Assembly: GCA_037444445.1 (NCBI GenBank)
Contig: JBBIMK010000002.1
Coordinates: forward strand, 60,001-92,000
Origin: a bacterium
GTDB lineage: Bacteria; UBP7; UBA6624; JBBIMK01
DNA length: 32,000 bases
Direction: 5' to 3'
The number at the start of each line of letters is the position of its first letter. Positions within the stretch are counted from its first letter, which is position 1. The notes beneath the pieces are model-generated. The model was not told the origin of the DNA. It saw only the letters and a list, made by a program, of their open reading frames with translations, and did not search any database. Below are positions 15,568 through 23,783 of this stretch, piece after piece. Both the position numbers and the translations under genes were made by a program.

Positions 15568-18420
15568 ATGGAAGAATTTAACTGGACGCAGCGAATCGTT
15601 GAGTTAAAGGAAGCGACTCCGGGGATTTTCATGGATGTTTCCTCCCTAAACGATTTCGTGGACATCAATCGGAAGGGGTGGATTTCTCCTCTTTATGATT
15701 TTCGGCTGAAGAATTATGCAGAATACCTGGGACGGCGACGGGATTTTAATGTTCTGATTTCTCCCCTATCCAGCCGTGCCTATCTCTTTTCCCATCAACT
15801 TGCAGTGACTTCTACTGTTATCCAGAAGATGGGTGGAAGGTCTATCTTGGCGGATGAGGTAGGGCTGGGGAAAACCATTGAATCCGGTATGATTATGAAG
15901 GAACTGCTACTCAGGAACCTGGTGAATCGGGTTCTCATTCTGGTTCCTGCCTCCCTTGTCACGCAATGGCAGGAAGAAATGCGACACCGCTTTAATGAAC
16001 ATTTCGTCATTTATGACACGGATAAGCGCAAAGAATTGGAAGAGAAGTACGGTGACGATAAAAACATCTGGGAATTGGAAACTCGGATTCTTGCTTCTCT
16101 CCATGTAGCCAAGCAGAGGCGTTACCGCGAGCAAATCCAAAAAATTCCCTGGGACCTGGTTATTGTGGATGAGGCGCACCGGTTGAAAAACTCTGCCACC
16201 CAGAATCATAAACTGGTGCAAGGCCTGAAAACCAAATATCTACTCTTGCTGACTGCTACCCCATTGCAAAACTATTTGATAGAACTTTATAACCTGGTTT
16301 CGCTGGTGGACAAAGAATTGTTAGGTGCCAAGAGCGGTTTCAAGCGGCGTTTTGAAGACCATTCTCAAGACCCGGTGGTTCTGGAAAAGTTAAAGAAGCG
16401 TCTGCGAAGAGTGATGATTCGGAATCGTCGGTGCGACATCGGCTCTGCTTTGAGTTTCGGAAAACGCCATGCGCTCACTCTGCAAGTAGAACTGGATGAA
16501 CCCAATCGGACTTTGTATAACCTGGCAAGCCGATATGCTCTGGAGGGTTACCGGAAGTCTATTGCAGCCAAAAATTCCACTTATGCTTTCTTCCTGATGC
16601 TGGTTCAGAGAATGCTCACCAGTTCCACTTCTGCTCTGGAGAAAACCCTCCAGAAGCGACTGGAAATGCTTCAAGAAGTCAAGCAAGGAAAACGGAAGAG
16701 CATTCGTCTACGGGATTTTATAGCTCAGGAACTGGAGGTCCGGGCTATAGAAGAGGAAGTAGTGGAGGATGACTCTTTCCTCTCAACTCTGGATGAGGAA
16801 ATAAAAGAAATTCAGAAGATTCTTCAGATTATTCCGAAAGTCGTCACCCATCCGAAACTTAATATTCTCGTGGAGATGCTGGACCGAATCTATCAGGAGT
16901 CAATGGATGCGAAAGTGGTGATTTTTACAGAATTCCGTTCTACGCAGGATTTTCTGGGCGTGGCTCTGAAGGAAAAGGGTTTTGATGTGGAAGTTTTCCA
17001 TGGAGGATTGTCGTTAAGGGAAAAAGATGCTGCCGTGGAGCGGTTTGAGGAGGAAGGCCAAATCCTGATTAGCACGGAGGCGGGAAGCGAAGGGCAAAAT
17101 CTCCAATTCAGCCACATTGTCGTGAACTATGACCTGCCCTGGAACCCGATGAAGGTGGAACAGCGTATCGGGCGAGTTCACCGCATCGGTCAAACCCAGG
17201 ATGTTCAAATCATTAACTTCTCCACAAGAGATACCGTGGAAGAGTACCTGCTCCGCATTCTGGAACATAAGATCGGGTTATTTAAGGAGGTAATGGGCGA
17301 CCTGGAAACTATTCTCGGGTATGTGGCGGGTGACACCAGTTTTGAACAACTTCTGATGGACCTCCTGGCAAAGAATTACTCGGAGAACGGTATCCGATTT
17401 GATGAAGTTTTTCAGAATTTGGAGGCGAGAATTGAAGCAGCCCAGAAAGAAGCCGACCTCTCCCTCCTGACCGACCTGAGCCAGCGCGGCATGAACCTTT
17501 CCCTGAAAGACCTTTTTCCGCATTTTGAGCAGTATACTCCCGGACGGGAAGAAATCTTCTATCGCCGATTCATGGATGAATACCTGGACAAATATAATGC
17601 CCTTACGGATAAATCGGATGAATACATTGCGTTTAATGTGCCTGGACATCAGGCTCACAGTTTCATTTTTTCTGATTTTATACGGGGGACAGTGAATCGT
17701 GAAATTGCTCTTGCCAAGCCCTACCTGGAGTTTATTGGAATCGGGCATAAATTTGTGGACGCAGCCATTCGGGAATCCCGAAATCTTCTTCCCGTTTCTG
17801 TAGGAAAAATTTCCAGAGACCTCCTGATGGATTATGGCATATACAACCCGGGTAACCAGGGTATTCTGGCTTCATTCCTCTCAGAATTGCGATGGACAAA
17901 CGGTGGAGAGGAGCGATTCTTTACAGCCTTCACCGATGGCAATGAGACGGTGATTCTGGAAGGACTGGAGGAACCTCTGATGTATCTGGATGAACTTCCT
18001 CCTCACTTTTGCTCTGATTTGCCCCTGGAACTGTTTCTGGATAAAATCCTGAAAAAACTTCGTGAGAAACTGGTGGAGGAACGCCAGCAACTCTTCAATC
18101 AACGGAATAAGGAGGCAGAAGAAATACGGACTTATATTTCAGATTACTACAGCGACTTACGCTATGATATTGAACTCCAGTTAGAAAAAGTCCAGATGGA
18201 GTCTCTGCAGATACGCAAGAAACGACAGCGTGTGGAATGGAGTGAAGAAGAAAACCTTGCCAGCCGTGAGACATCCCTGAAGCGTCTCCGGAACGAACTT
18301 TTTGCGGAGATGGTGAAGCTGAATGCCCGGGAGAAAGAGAAAATCCGTGAAATAGAGAAAAATCTTGGCATTACTGTTCACGCCAAACTTTTATCCATCG
18401 CTAAAGTCCGTATCTTTTAG
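15568..18420 (+). CDS. SNF2-family (Swi2/Snf2) DNA-dependent ATPase with a ~370-aa uncharacterised C-terminal region
   Basis: Helicase motifs: I LADEVGLGKT, II DEAHRLKN, III LLLTATPLQN, V STEAGSEGQNLQ, VI QRIGRVHRIGQ. I prefer the start at ATG 15568 (purine-rich AAGGAAGGAAAAG upstream, downstream of the promoter). The track start at 15502 lies inside the promoter. Confidence 0.9.
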   Translation: MEEFNWTQRIVELKEATPGIFMDVSSLNDFVDINRKGWISPLYDFRLKNYAEYLGRRRDFNVLISPLSSRAYLFSHQLAVTSTVIQKMGGRSILADEVGLGKTIESGMIMKELLLRNLVNRVLILVPASLVTQWQEEMRHRFNEHFVIYDTDKRKELEEKYGDDKNIWELETRILASLHVAKQRRYREQIQKIPWDLVIVDEAHRLKNSATQNHKLVQGLKTKYLLLLTATPLQNYLIELYNLVSLVDKELLGAKSGFKRRFEDHSQDPVVLEKLKKRLRRVMIRNRRCDIGSALSFGKRHALTLQVELDEPNRTLYNLASRYALEGYRKSIAAKNSTYAFFLMLVQRMLTSSTSALEKTLQKRLEMLQEVKQGKRKSIRLRDFIAQELEVRAIEEEVVEDDSFLSTLDEEIKEIQKILQIIPKVVTHPKLNILVEMLDRIYQESMDAKVVIFTEFRSTQDFLGVALKEKGFDVEVFHGGLSLREKDAAVERFEEEGQILISTEAGSEGQNLQFSHIVVNYDLPWNPMKVEQRIGRVHRIGQTQDVQIINFSTRDTVEEYLLRILEHKIGLFKEVMGDLETILGYVAGDTSFEQLLMDLLAKNYSENGIRFDEVFQNLEARIEAAQKEADLSLLTDLSQRGMNLSLKDLFPHFEQYTPGREEIFYRRFMDEYLDKYNALTDKSDEYIAFNVPGHQAHSFIFSDFIRGTVNREIALAKPYLEFIGIGHKFVDAAIRESRNLLPVSVGKISRDLLMDYGIYNPGNQGILASFLSELRWTNGGEERFFTAFTDGNETVILEGLEEPLMYLDELPPHFCSDLPLELFLDKILKKLREKLVEERQQLFNQRNKEAEEIRTYISDYYSDLRYDIELQLEKVQMESLQIRKKRQRVEWSEEENLASRETSLKRLRNELFAEMVKLNAREKEKIREIEKNLGITVHAKLLSIAKVRIF

Positions 18421-18485
18421 GGTTTTCTCCTTCCCCGAAACTTTTTTCAGCGAAAAGAGTTTATGAAAGTCGGAGGTGAAGTAAG

Positions 18486-19322
18486 ATGACGAAAAAAGTC
18501 ATCACAATGATTTCAGTGTTAGTAATCAGCTGGGGGGTGCTTGGCTCCACTGCATTTGGAGAACACCCCGGAAAAGGAGCAGGGAAATCTGAAGGAAGAG
18601 AGCATCCTCGGTTCTTTTTCCAGAAGATGGATACCAACCAGGATGGAAAAATCTCCATGGAAGAATGGCATCAAGGCTGGAAAAAACTGTTTGACCTGGT
18701 TGATACCAATCAGGACCATTTTTTAGTCCGTGAGGAAGCAAAAGCCTTTGCTGAAAAAATACGAACAAGTGGCGGTAACATTGAAGAGAAATTCGCCAGG
18801 ATGGACAAGAACCAGGATGGAAAAATTACGCAGGACGAGTGGATAGGCCCCCCTGGGCTTTTCCACAATTTAGACCGTAACGGGGATGGAGCCATCACGA
18901 AGGATGAATATCCTGCCCCACAGAAGGAGGATGCCCTGGCACGATTCAAAAAGATGGATGCCAATGGAGACGGGAAAATCTCTAAAGAAGAATGGAAGGG
19001 GCCGGCTGAACTTTTTAACAAAATTGATGCCAATCAGGATAGCTCCTTAACCCCTGAGGAATTTCAGGAATTTCATAAGAAGTTGAAGAGGGACCAGACA
19101 AAGACGGAGCCAGGAGTAGAGCATGACATCTATGCCCAGTTCGACCGGATTGACCAGAATAAAGATGGCAAAATCTCCCCGGAGGAACTGGACGCCTGGG
19201 CGCATCAGCTTTTCTTAAAACTGGACCGAAACCAGGATGGAGTGTTAGAACCTTCGGACATGCCACTACAGGGACAGGGCATGCCACACCCCGCCGGACC
19301 ACGGGCAGGTAAGCACCGGTAA
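18486..19322 (+). CDS. Secreted multi-EF-hand calcium-binding protein (eight EF-hand loops)
   Basis: Signal peptide MTKKVITMISVLVISWGVLGSTAFG. Eight DxNxDGxIxxxE-type loops, e.g. DTNQDGKISMEE, DKNQDGKITQDE, DANGDGKISKEE, DQNKDGKISPEE. SD GGAGGTG. Confidence 0.85.
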   Translation: MTKKVITMISVLVISWGVLGSTAFGEHPGKGAGKSEGREHPRFFFQKMDTNQDGKISMEEWHQGWKKLFDLVDTNQDHFLVREEAKAFAEKIRTSGGNIEEKFARMDKNQDGKITQDEWIGPPGLFHNLDRNGDGAITKDEYPAPQKEDALARFKKMDANGDGKISKEEWKGPAELFNKIDANQDSSLTPEEFQEFHKKLKRDQTKTEPGVEHDIYAQFDRIDQNKDGKISPEELDAWAHQLFLKLDRNQDGVLEPSDMPLQGQGMPHPAGPRAGKHR

Positions 19323-19360
19323 AAGTTAGTTCCAATCCCATAGATTTTCAACCCTTTTTG

Positions 19361-19398
19361 AGGTGGAGGGAAAGGGAAGTGCCCTCCACCTTGTTTTA
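19361..19398 (+). terminator. Rho-independent terminator after the EF-hand gene
   Basis: A perfect 10-bp stem, AGGTGGAGGG / CCCTCCACCT, with an 11-nt loop. It is followed by TGTTTTAT and then GGGTTTTTT. Confidence 0.7.
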
Positions 19399-19439
19399 TG
19401 CGGGTTTTTTATCCACCCACTCACATTCCAGGCGGTGAA

Positions 19440-19445
19440 TATAAT
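19440..19445 (+). promoter_or_regulatory. Candidate -10 hexamer TATAAT immediately upstream of mnmE
   Basis: A perfect TATAAT ends 10 nt before the ATG at 19456, with no SD in between. It lies downstream of the terminator. Confidence 0.4.
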
Positions 19446-19455
19446 AAATAATGGG

Positions 19456-20826
19456 ATGGAAGAAGATACGATTGTGGCGCCAGCAACGCCTGTCGGCGTG
19501 GGAGCCATCGGAATTATTCGCCTGAGTGGTCCTGATGCAATCTACATTGCAAGCCAATGCTTCCGTTCTGATAAAGGAACCCGATTGGAAACCCTGGAAA
19601 GCCACAAAGCCACTTATGCCTCAATGGTAGAGCCTGACACAGGAATCACTGTGGATGAGGTCGTCTTTCTGGTGATGCGGAAGCCCCATTCTTATACAGG
19701 AGAAGATGTGGTGGAGATACATTGTCATGGAAGCCCGGCAGTTTTGAGGCGAGTGATGGAAGTGCTAACCCGGTTAGGCGCCCGGATAGCCGAGCCCGGA
19801 GAATTCACCAAGCGTGCTTTCCTGAATGGTCGCATGGACCTGGCACAAGCGGAAAGTGTGGCAGAACTTATCACCTCTGCCACGGAACAGGCGCGAAAAG
19901 TGGCTCTGGCACATCTGCAGGGTCAGTTATCCGCTGAAATTTCAAAAATTTCCCGGCACCTCTATTCTACCCTTGCCGCCCTGGAAGTGGTGATTGACTA
20001 CGCAGAAGAAGATGTGGAAGAGGTTCCCACAGAAACTCTGATAAGCAACCTTCAACAGGCAGAATCCCTTCTACAAAAATTATTGGAGACTTATCGGGAG
20101 GGGAAGATTCTTCGGGAAGGTGCTCTGGTGGTCATCGCAGGCAAGCCGAATGTGGGAAAGTCCAGTTTGCTTAACGCTCTCCTCCGACAAGAGAGAGCCA
20201 TCGTTACACCCATTCCTGGAACGACGCGAGATTATATTGAGGAGACTGTGGAAATAGAGGGAATTCCCATCCGGCTTACGGACACGGCAGGCCTTCGCCC
20301 CTCCACAAATGCAGTAGAACAAATGGGCACCCAACGAGCCTTATCCCTGATTGAAAAAGCGGACCTCCTTCTCCTTCTCTTTGACCAATCCTCTCCACTT
20401 ACCGCAGAAGACCGGGAGGCGCTTCAAATCTCTTCCAGGAAACTTCGCCTGCTGGTTCTAAATAAACTGGATTTACCTGCTAATCCTGATACTTTGCTCC
20501 AGGTGGAACCCCTGAACCCTATCCGTATTTCTGCTCTCACAGGAGAAGGGTTGGATACCCTGAAGAAAGAAATGATTTCATCACTTTTGGGCAGAGTGTC
20601 AATGACTGAACACACCATCATCACGCTGGAGCGTCATCGGGACATTCTACAGCGGTCCTTACTTCATCTACAGGATGCTCAAAGTGCTCTTTCCACAAGT
20701 TATCCACGAGATATTGTAGCAACAGCCATTCGGGCTTCTCTGGATGCCTTATCTGAAATAACCGGTGAAAATGTCACCGATGAAATCTTAAACACCATTT
20801 TTTCTACTTTCTGTGTGGGCAAGTGA
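19456..20826 (+). CDS. mnmE: tRNA modification GTPase MnmE (TrmE)
   Basis: The N-terminus MEEDTIVAPATPVGVGAIGIIRLSG is typical of the family. G-domain motifs are GKPNVGKSS, DTAGLR and NKLD. The C-terminus ends in the FCVGK tetrapeptide motif. The track's 5' extension (19363) runs through the terminator hairpin. Confidence 0.92.
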   Translation: MEEDTIVAPATPVGVGAIGIIRLSGPDAIYIASQCFRSDKGTRLETLESHKATYASMVEPDTGITVDEVVFLVMRKPHSYTGEDVVEIHCHGSPAVLRRVMEVLTRLGARIAEPGEFTKRAFLNGRMDLAQAESVAELITSATEQARKVALAHLQGQLSAEISKISRHLYSTLAALEVVIDYAEEDVEEVPTETLISNLQQAESLLQKLLETYREGKILREGALVVIAGKPNVGKSSLLNALLRQERAIVTPIPGTTRDYIEETVEIEGIPIRLTDTAGLRPSTNAVEQMGTQRALSLIEKADLLLLLFDQSSPLTAEDREALQISSRKLRLLVLNKLDLPANPDTLLQVEPLNPIRISALTGEGLDTLKKEMISSLLGRVSMTEHTIITLERHRDILQRSLLHLQDAQSALSTSYPRDIVATAIRASLDALSEITGENVTDEILNTIFSTFCVGK

Positions 20827-20867
20827 GGGGGCGAAGCAAAAGTTTTCCCGCTTCCCATAGCCCAAAG

Positions 20868-20876
20868 TGATATAAT
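20868..20876 (+). promoter_or_regulatory. Candidate extended -10 promoter (TGATATAAT) for archease-rtcB
   Basis: An exact TGnTATAAT match 17 nt upstream of the ATG at 20894. The 12-mer is identical to the one at 2314-2325. Confidence 0.4.
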
Positions 20877-20893
20877 AGACATTGGGTAACAGG

Positions 20894-21349
20894 ATGATGA
20901 ACGAGAGAATCTTACAACAGGAATTTGAGATTTTAGAGCACACGGCTGATGCTGCACTAAAAGCGTCCGGTGCTACCCCAGAAGAATTATTCTCACGACT
21001 ACTGAAGGGAACTATATATATGGTATTTAACGGGTATCCTGAATCTACTGCGGAGCAGAAGAAGTTCCTTCATCTCACCGCTCCTTCCCTGGAAGACCTT
21101 TTAATTGATTTCCTGAATGAAGTCCTTTACTGGATTTATTATGAAAAGCTGGTACCCATTCATACGGAAGAAGGAGGATTCCAGGTCAGAGAGGGTGAGC
21201 CATGGCGTCTGGAAGGGGAATTTTCATGCTCCAGGGCAGATTTTCAACGGCATCCTTTGCAGATGGACATCAAGGCTGCAACCTATCACAATTTGAGAGT
21301 TACAGAGAGGGATGGGCAACTGGAAACCACGGTGGTGTTTGACATTTGA
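20894..21349 (+). CDS. Archease (RtcB activator)
   Basis: N-terminal FEILEHTADAALKASG and C-terminal IKAATYHNLRV...TVVFDI are archease signatures. It overlaps the rtcB start. The ATG at 20894 is preferred over the track's TTG at 20882. Confidence 0.85.
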   Translation: MMNERILQQEFEILEHTADAALKASGATPEELFSRLLKGTIYMVFNGYPESTAEQKKFLHLTAPSLEDLLIDFLNEVLYWIYYEKLVPIHTEEGGFQVREGEPWRLEGEFSCSRADFQRHPLQMDIKAATYHNLRVTERDGQLETTVVFDI

Positions 21350-22800
21350 CTATGTGGACAGGAAAACTTGAAAAATTAGATGAATTTCGTTTTCTCATAC
21401 CCCGAGAATACAAAAAGGGAATGAGCGTTCCTGGACTGGTGTTCACTTCTGAGAAACTCCTATCTGCTATTAAAGAGGATCAAAGCCTGGAGCAGGTAGC
21501 AAATGTGGCTACCATTCCAGGGATTTTGAAATATTCCTATGCTATGCCTGACATCCATTGGGGCTATGGATTTCCCATCGGGGGTGTAGCGGCAACGGAT
21601 TGGATGAAAGGCGTGATTTCCCCTGGTGGAGTGGGCTATGACATTAACTGCGGGGTGCGCCTGATTCGGTCCAATCTTCAGGTTGAGGCTGTGGAGAAGG
21701 TCAGGGAATCACTGGCAGATGCTTTGTTTGAAGCCGTTCCCTGTGGGGTAGGGGAGGAGGGGCATCTCCGTCTCAGTTATCCAGAGCTGGACAGGGTTCT
21801 GGAGGGAGGTGTTCCTGTGGTGGTGAAGATGGGCTACGGTTGGGAAGAAGATGTGAATGCGTGTGAAGAATATGGATGCATGCCCGGTGCTCGGGCTGAT
21901 AAGGTGAGTTCACGGGCGAAGGAACGGGGAAGGGGGCAAATGGGCACCCTGGGTGCTGGTAATCACTTTCTGGAGGTTCAGCGTGTGGCGGAGGTCTATG
22001 ATGAGGTAACTGCATCGGCCTTCGGCCTTTTTCAAAATCAGGTGACCGTGATGATTCACTGTGGTTCCCGGGGGCTGGGTCATCAGGTCTGCGAGGATTC
22101 CATTAAGGTGATGCGCTCGGCGGTTGAAAAATATCACATCGTGTTGCCAGACCCTCAACTGGCATGCACCCCCATCCAGTCTCCGGAGGGGAAAGATTAT
22201 TTTGCCGCCATGGCTGCCGCCGCTAATTTTGCCTGGGCAAATCGTCAGACCATTATGCATTTCGTTCGCCAAGCCTTTTCGAAAATCTTTCATCAATCTC
22301 CCCGTGATTTAGGGTTAACTCTAATTTACGATGTGGCACACAATATGGCGAAACGAGAAATTCACCGCTTTAACGGTAAGGAAAAAGAAGTTTGTGTTCA
22401 TCGGAAAGGCGCTACTCGGTCCTTTGGCCCTAACCGGAAAGAGGTCACGGAGGCTTACCGCTCTATAGGCCAGCCCGTTCTCATACCGGGTAATATGGGA
22501 ACTTCATCTTATGTGCTGGTGGGCACGGAGCAGTCCATGGGAGAAACTTTCGGCTCCAGTTGTCACGGTGCAGGGCGGGTAATGAGCCGCTCAAGGGCTT
22601 TGAAAACTTTACGCGGACAGGATGTTGTGGAAATCCTTAAAAAGCGTGGCATCACCGTTCGCGCCAAGTCCTGGAAAGGAGTGGCGGAGGAAGCTCCAGA
22701 AGTTTATAAGGATGTGGATGAAGTGGTTCGGGTGGTTCATCAAGCAGGTATCGCTCGTCGCGTTGCCCGAATGGTTCCTCTCATCGTTGTAAAAGGATAA
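21346..22800 (+). CDS. rtcB: RNA 3'-phosphate ligase RtcB
   Basis: Motifs GGVGYDINCGVR, GAGNHFLEV, HCGSRGLGHQV, HRKGAT and SSCHGAGR (the catalytic His context). 484 aa. The start is either TTG 21346 (overlapping the archease stop) or ATG 21352. Confidence 0.93.
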   Translation: MTMWTGKLEKLDEFRFLIPREYKKGMSVPGLVFTSEKLLSAIKEDQSLEQVANVATIPGILKYSYAMPDIHWGYGFPIGGVAATDWMKGVISPGGVGYDINCGVRLIRSNLQVEAVEKVRESLADALFEAVPCGVGEEGHLRLSYPELDRVLEGGVPVVVKMGYGWEEDVNACEEYGCMPGARADKVSSRAKERGRGQMGTLGAGNHFLEVQRVAEVYDEVTASAFGLFQNQVTVMIHCGSRGLGHQVCEDSIKVMRSAVEKYHIVLPDPQLACTPIQSPEGKDYFAAMAAAANFAWANRQTIMHFVRQAFSKIFHQSPRDLGLTLIYDVAHNMAKREIHRFNGKEKEVCVHRKGATRSFGPNRKEVTEAYRSIGQPVLIPGNMGTSSYVLVGTEQSMGETFGSSCHGAGRVMSRSRALKTLRGQDVVEILKKRGITVRAKSWKGVAEEAPEVYKDVDEVVRVVHQAGIARRVARMVPLIVVKG

Positions 22801-22917
22801 GACTTTCCGCACAAGATTCAGGGGTTCATGGCTGTCTTGTAGATGATAATGAAGAAACATTTTCAAAAATTAAGAATGAAAATTTAACGGGATGAATATG
22901 TAGCACCTGTATGGATA

Positions 22918-22926
22918 TGGTAATAT
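22918..22926 (+). promoter_or_regulatory. Candidate extended -10 promoter (TGGTAATAT) for the TPR gene
   Basis: TGn plus TAATAT ends 9 nt before the ATG at 22936. There is no SD in the intervening AGTTATGCT. Confidence 0.4.
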
Positions 22927-22935
22927 AGTTATGCT

Positions 22936-23706
22936 ATGAAAGGAAGAAAGGTTGAGCGGTTTTTGTCGGTTTATTTTCCGGCGGGGCTCGTGATCGTCAT
23001 ATTACTCCTTTTCATATTAGTAGCCAGAGCATGGCAGAGACAGGTGGACCGGGCATGGCAATCTACTGCGGAAGTTTTACCGAATGACTACAGCCTTTGG
23101 CTTTTTATCGCCGAGGGGCATCGGAATAAGGGCAATTTTGATCTGGCGCTGAAAGCCTATCGCCATGCGGCTGAGCTAAAGCCTGACGATGAACTTCCAT
23201 GGAAATTCATCGGCATGATGTTTTCCGACAGAAAAGACTGGGGAAGGGCAGAAGAGGCTTACAAGAAGGCCATTCAATTAAATGCTTCTAACCCTGCCAC
23301 CTGGAATTCTCTTGGCATTGTCTACCGCATGAGTGGGAAATATGAAGAAGCTGTGAAGGCCTATAATAAAGCCATTGAACTGGACCCCGAGCGGATTGAC
23401 CTCTGGTTCAACCTCGGGAATGCTTACCGTGATTGGAAGCACTACCCAGAAGCCATAGAGGCTTACCAAAAAGTCGTCAATTCTGCTCCCGCAGATGGCG
23501 TCGCCTGGTACAATCTTGCTCGGTGCTATGCCCTGGAGGGTAAATCATCAGATGCTCTCTCTGCGCTGAAGAAGGCGATTTCTATAGATTCCGAATATGC
23601 ACAACTGGCAAACCGGGAAAAAGATTTTTTACCCTTGCGAAATCTTTCAGATTTTCAATTTATGCTGAGAGAGGAATCAGAGAAAAAGGGAGAAACCAGT
23701 GAGTAA
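22936..23706 (+). CDS. Membrane-anchored tetratricopeptide (TPR) repeat protein
   Basis: An N-terminal TM helix followed by about five 34-aa TPR units with the recurrent A..Y.KAI.L.P...W.NLG pattern. Confidence 0.8.
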   Translation: MKGRKVERFLSVYFPAGLVIVILLLFILVARAWQRQVDRAWQSTAEVLPNDYSLWLFIAEGHRNKGNFDLALKAYRHAAELKPDDELPWKFIGMMFSDRKDWGRAEEAYKKAIQLNASNPATWNSLGIVYRMSGKYEEAVKAYNKAIELDPERIDLWFNLGNAYRDWKHYPEAIEAYQKVVNSAPADGVAWYNLARCYALEGKSSDALSALKKAISIDSEYAQLANREKDFLPLRNLSDFQFMLREESEKKGETSE

Positions 23707-23783
23707 CTTTCACTGGATGCTTGCGAGAGGCTACGTTACATCTCACTCTCTGTGTGGCATAAAATAATTTAGATATTCGTTAT

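Noticed and set aside
19363-19455. A 31-aa N-terminal extension of MnmE from the ORF track
   Set aside because: The extension runs straight through a 10-bp terminator hairpin and a TATAAT box. MEEDTIVAPATP is the family-typical MnmE N-terminus.
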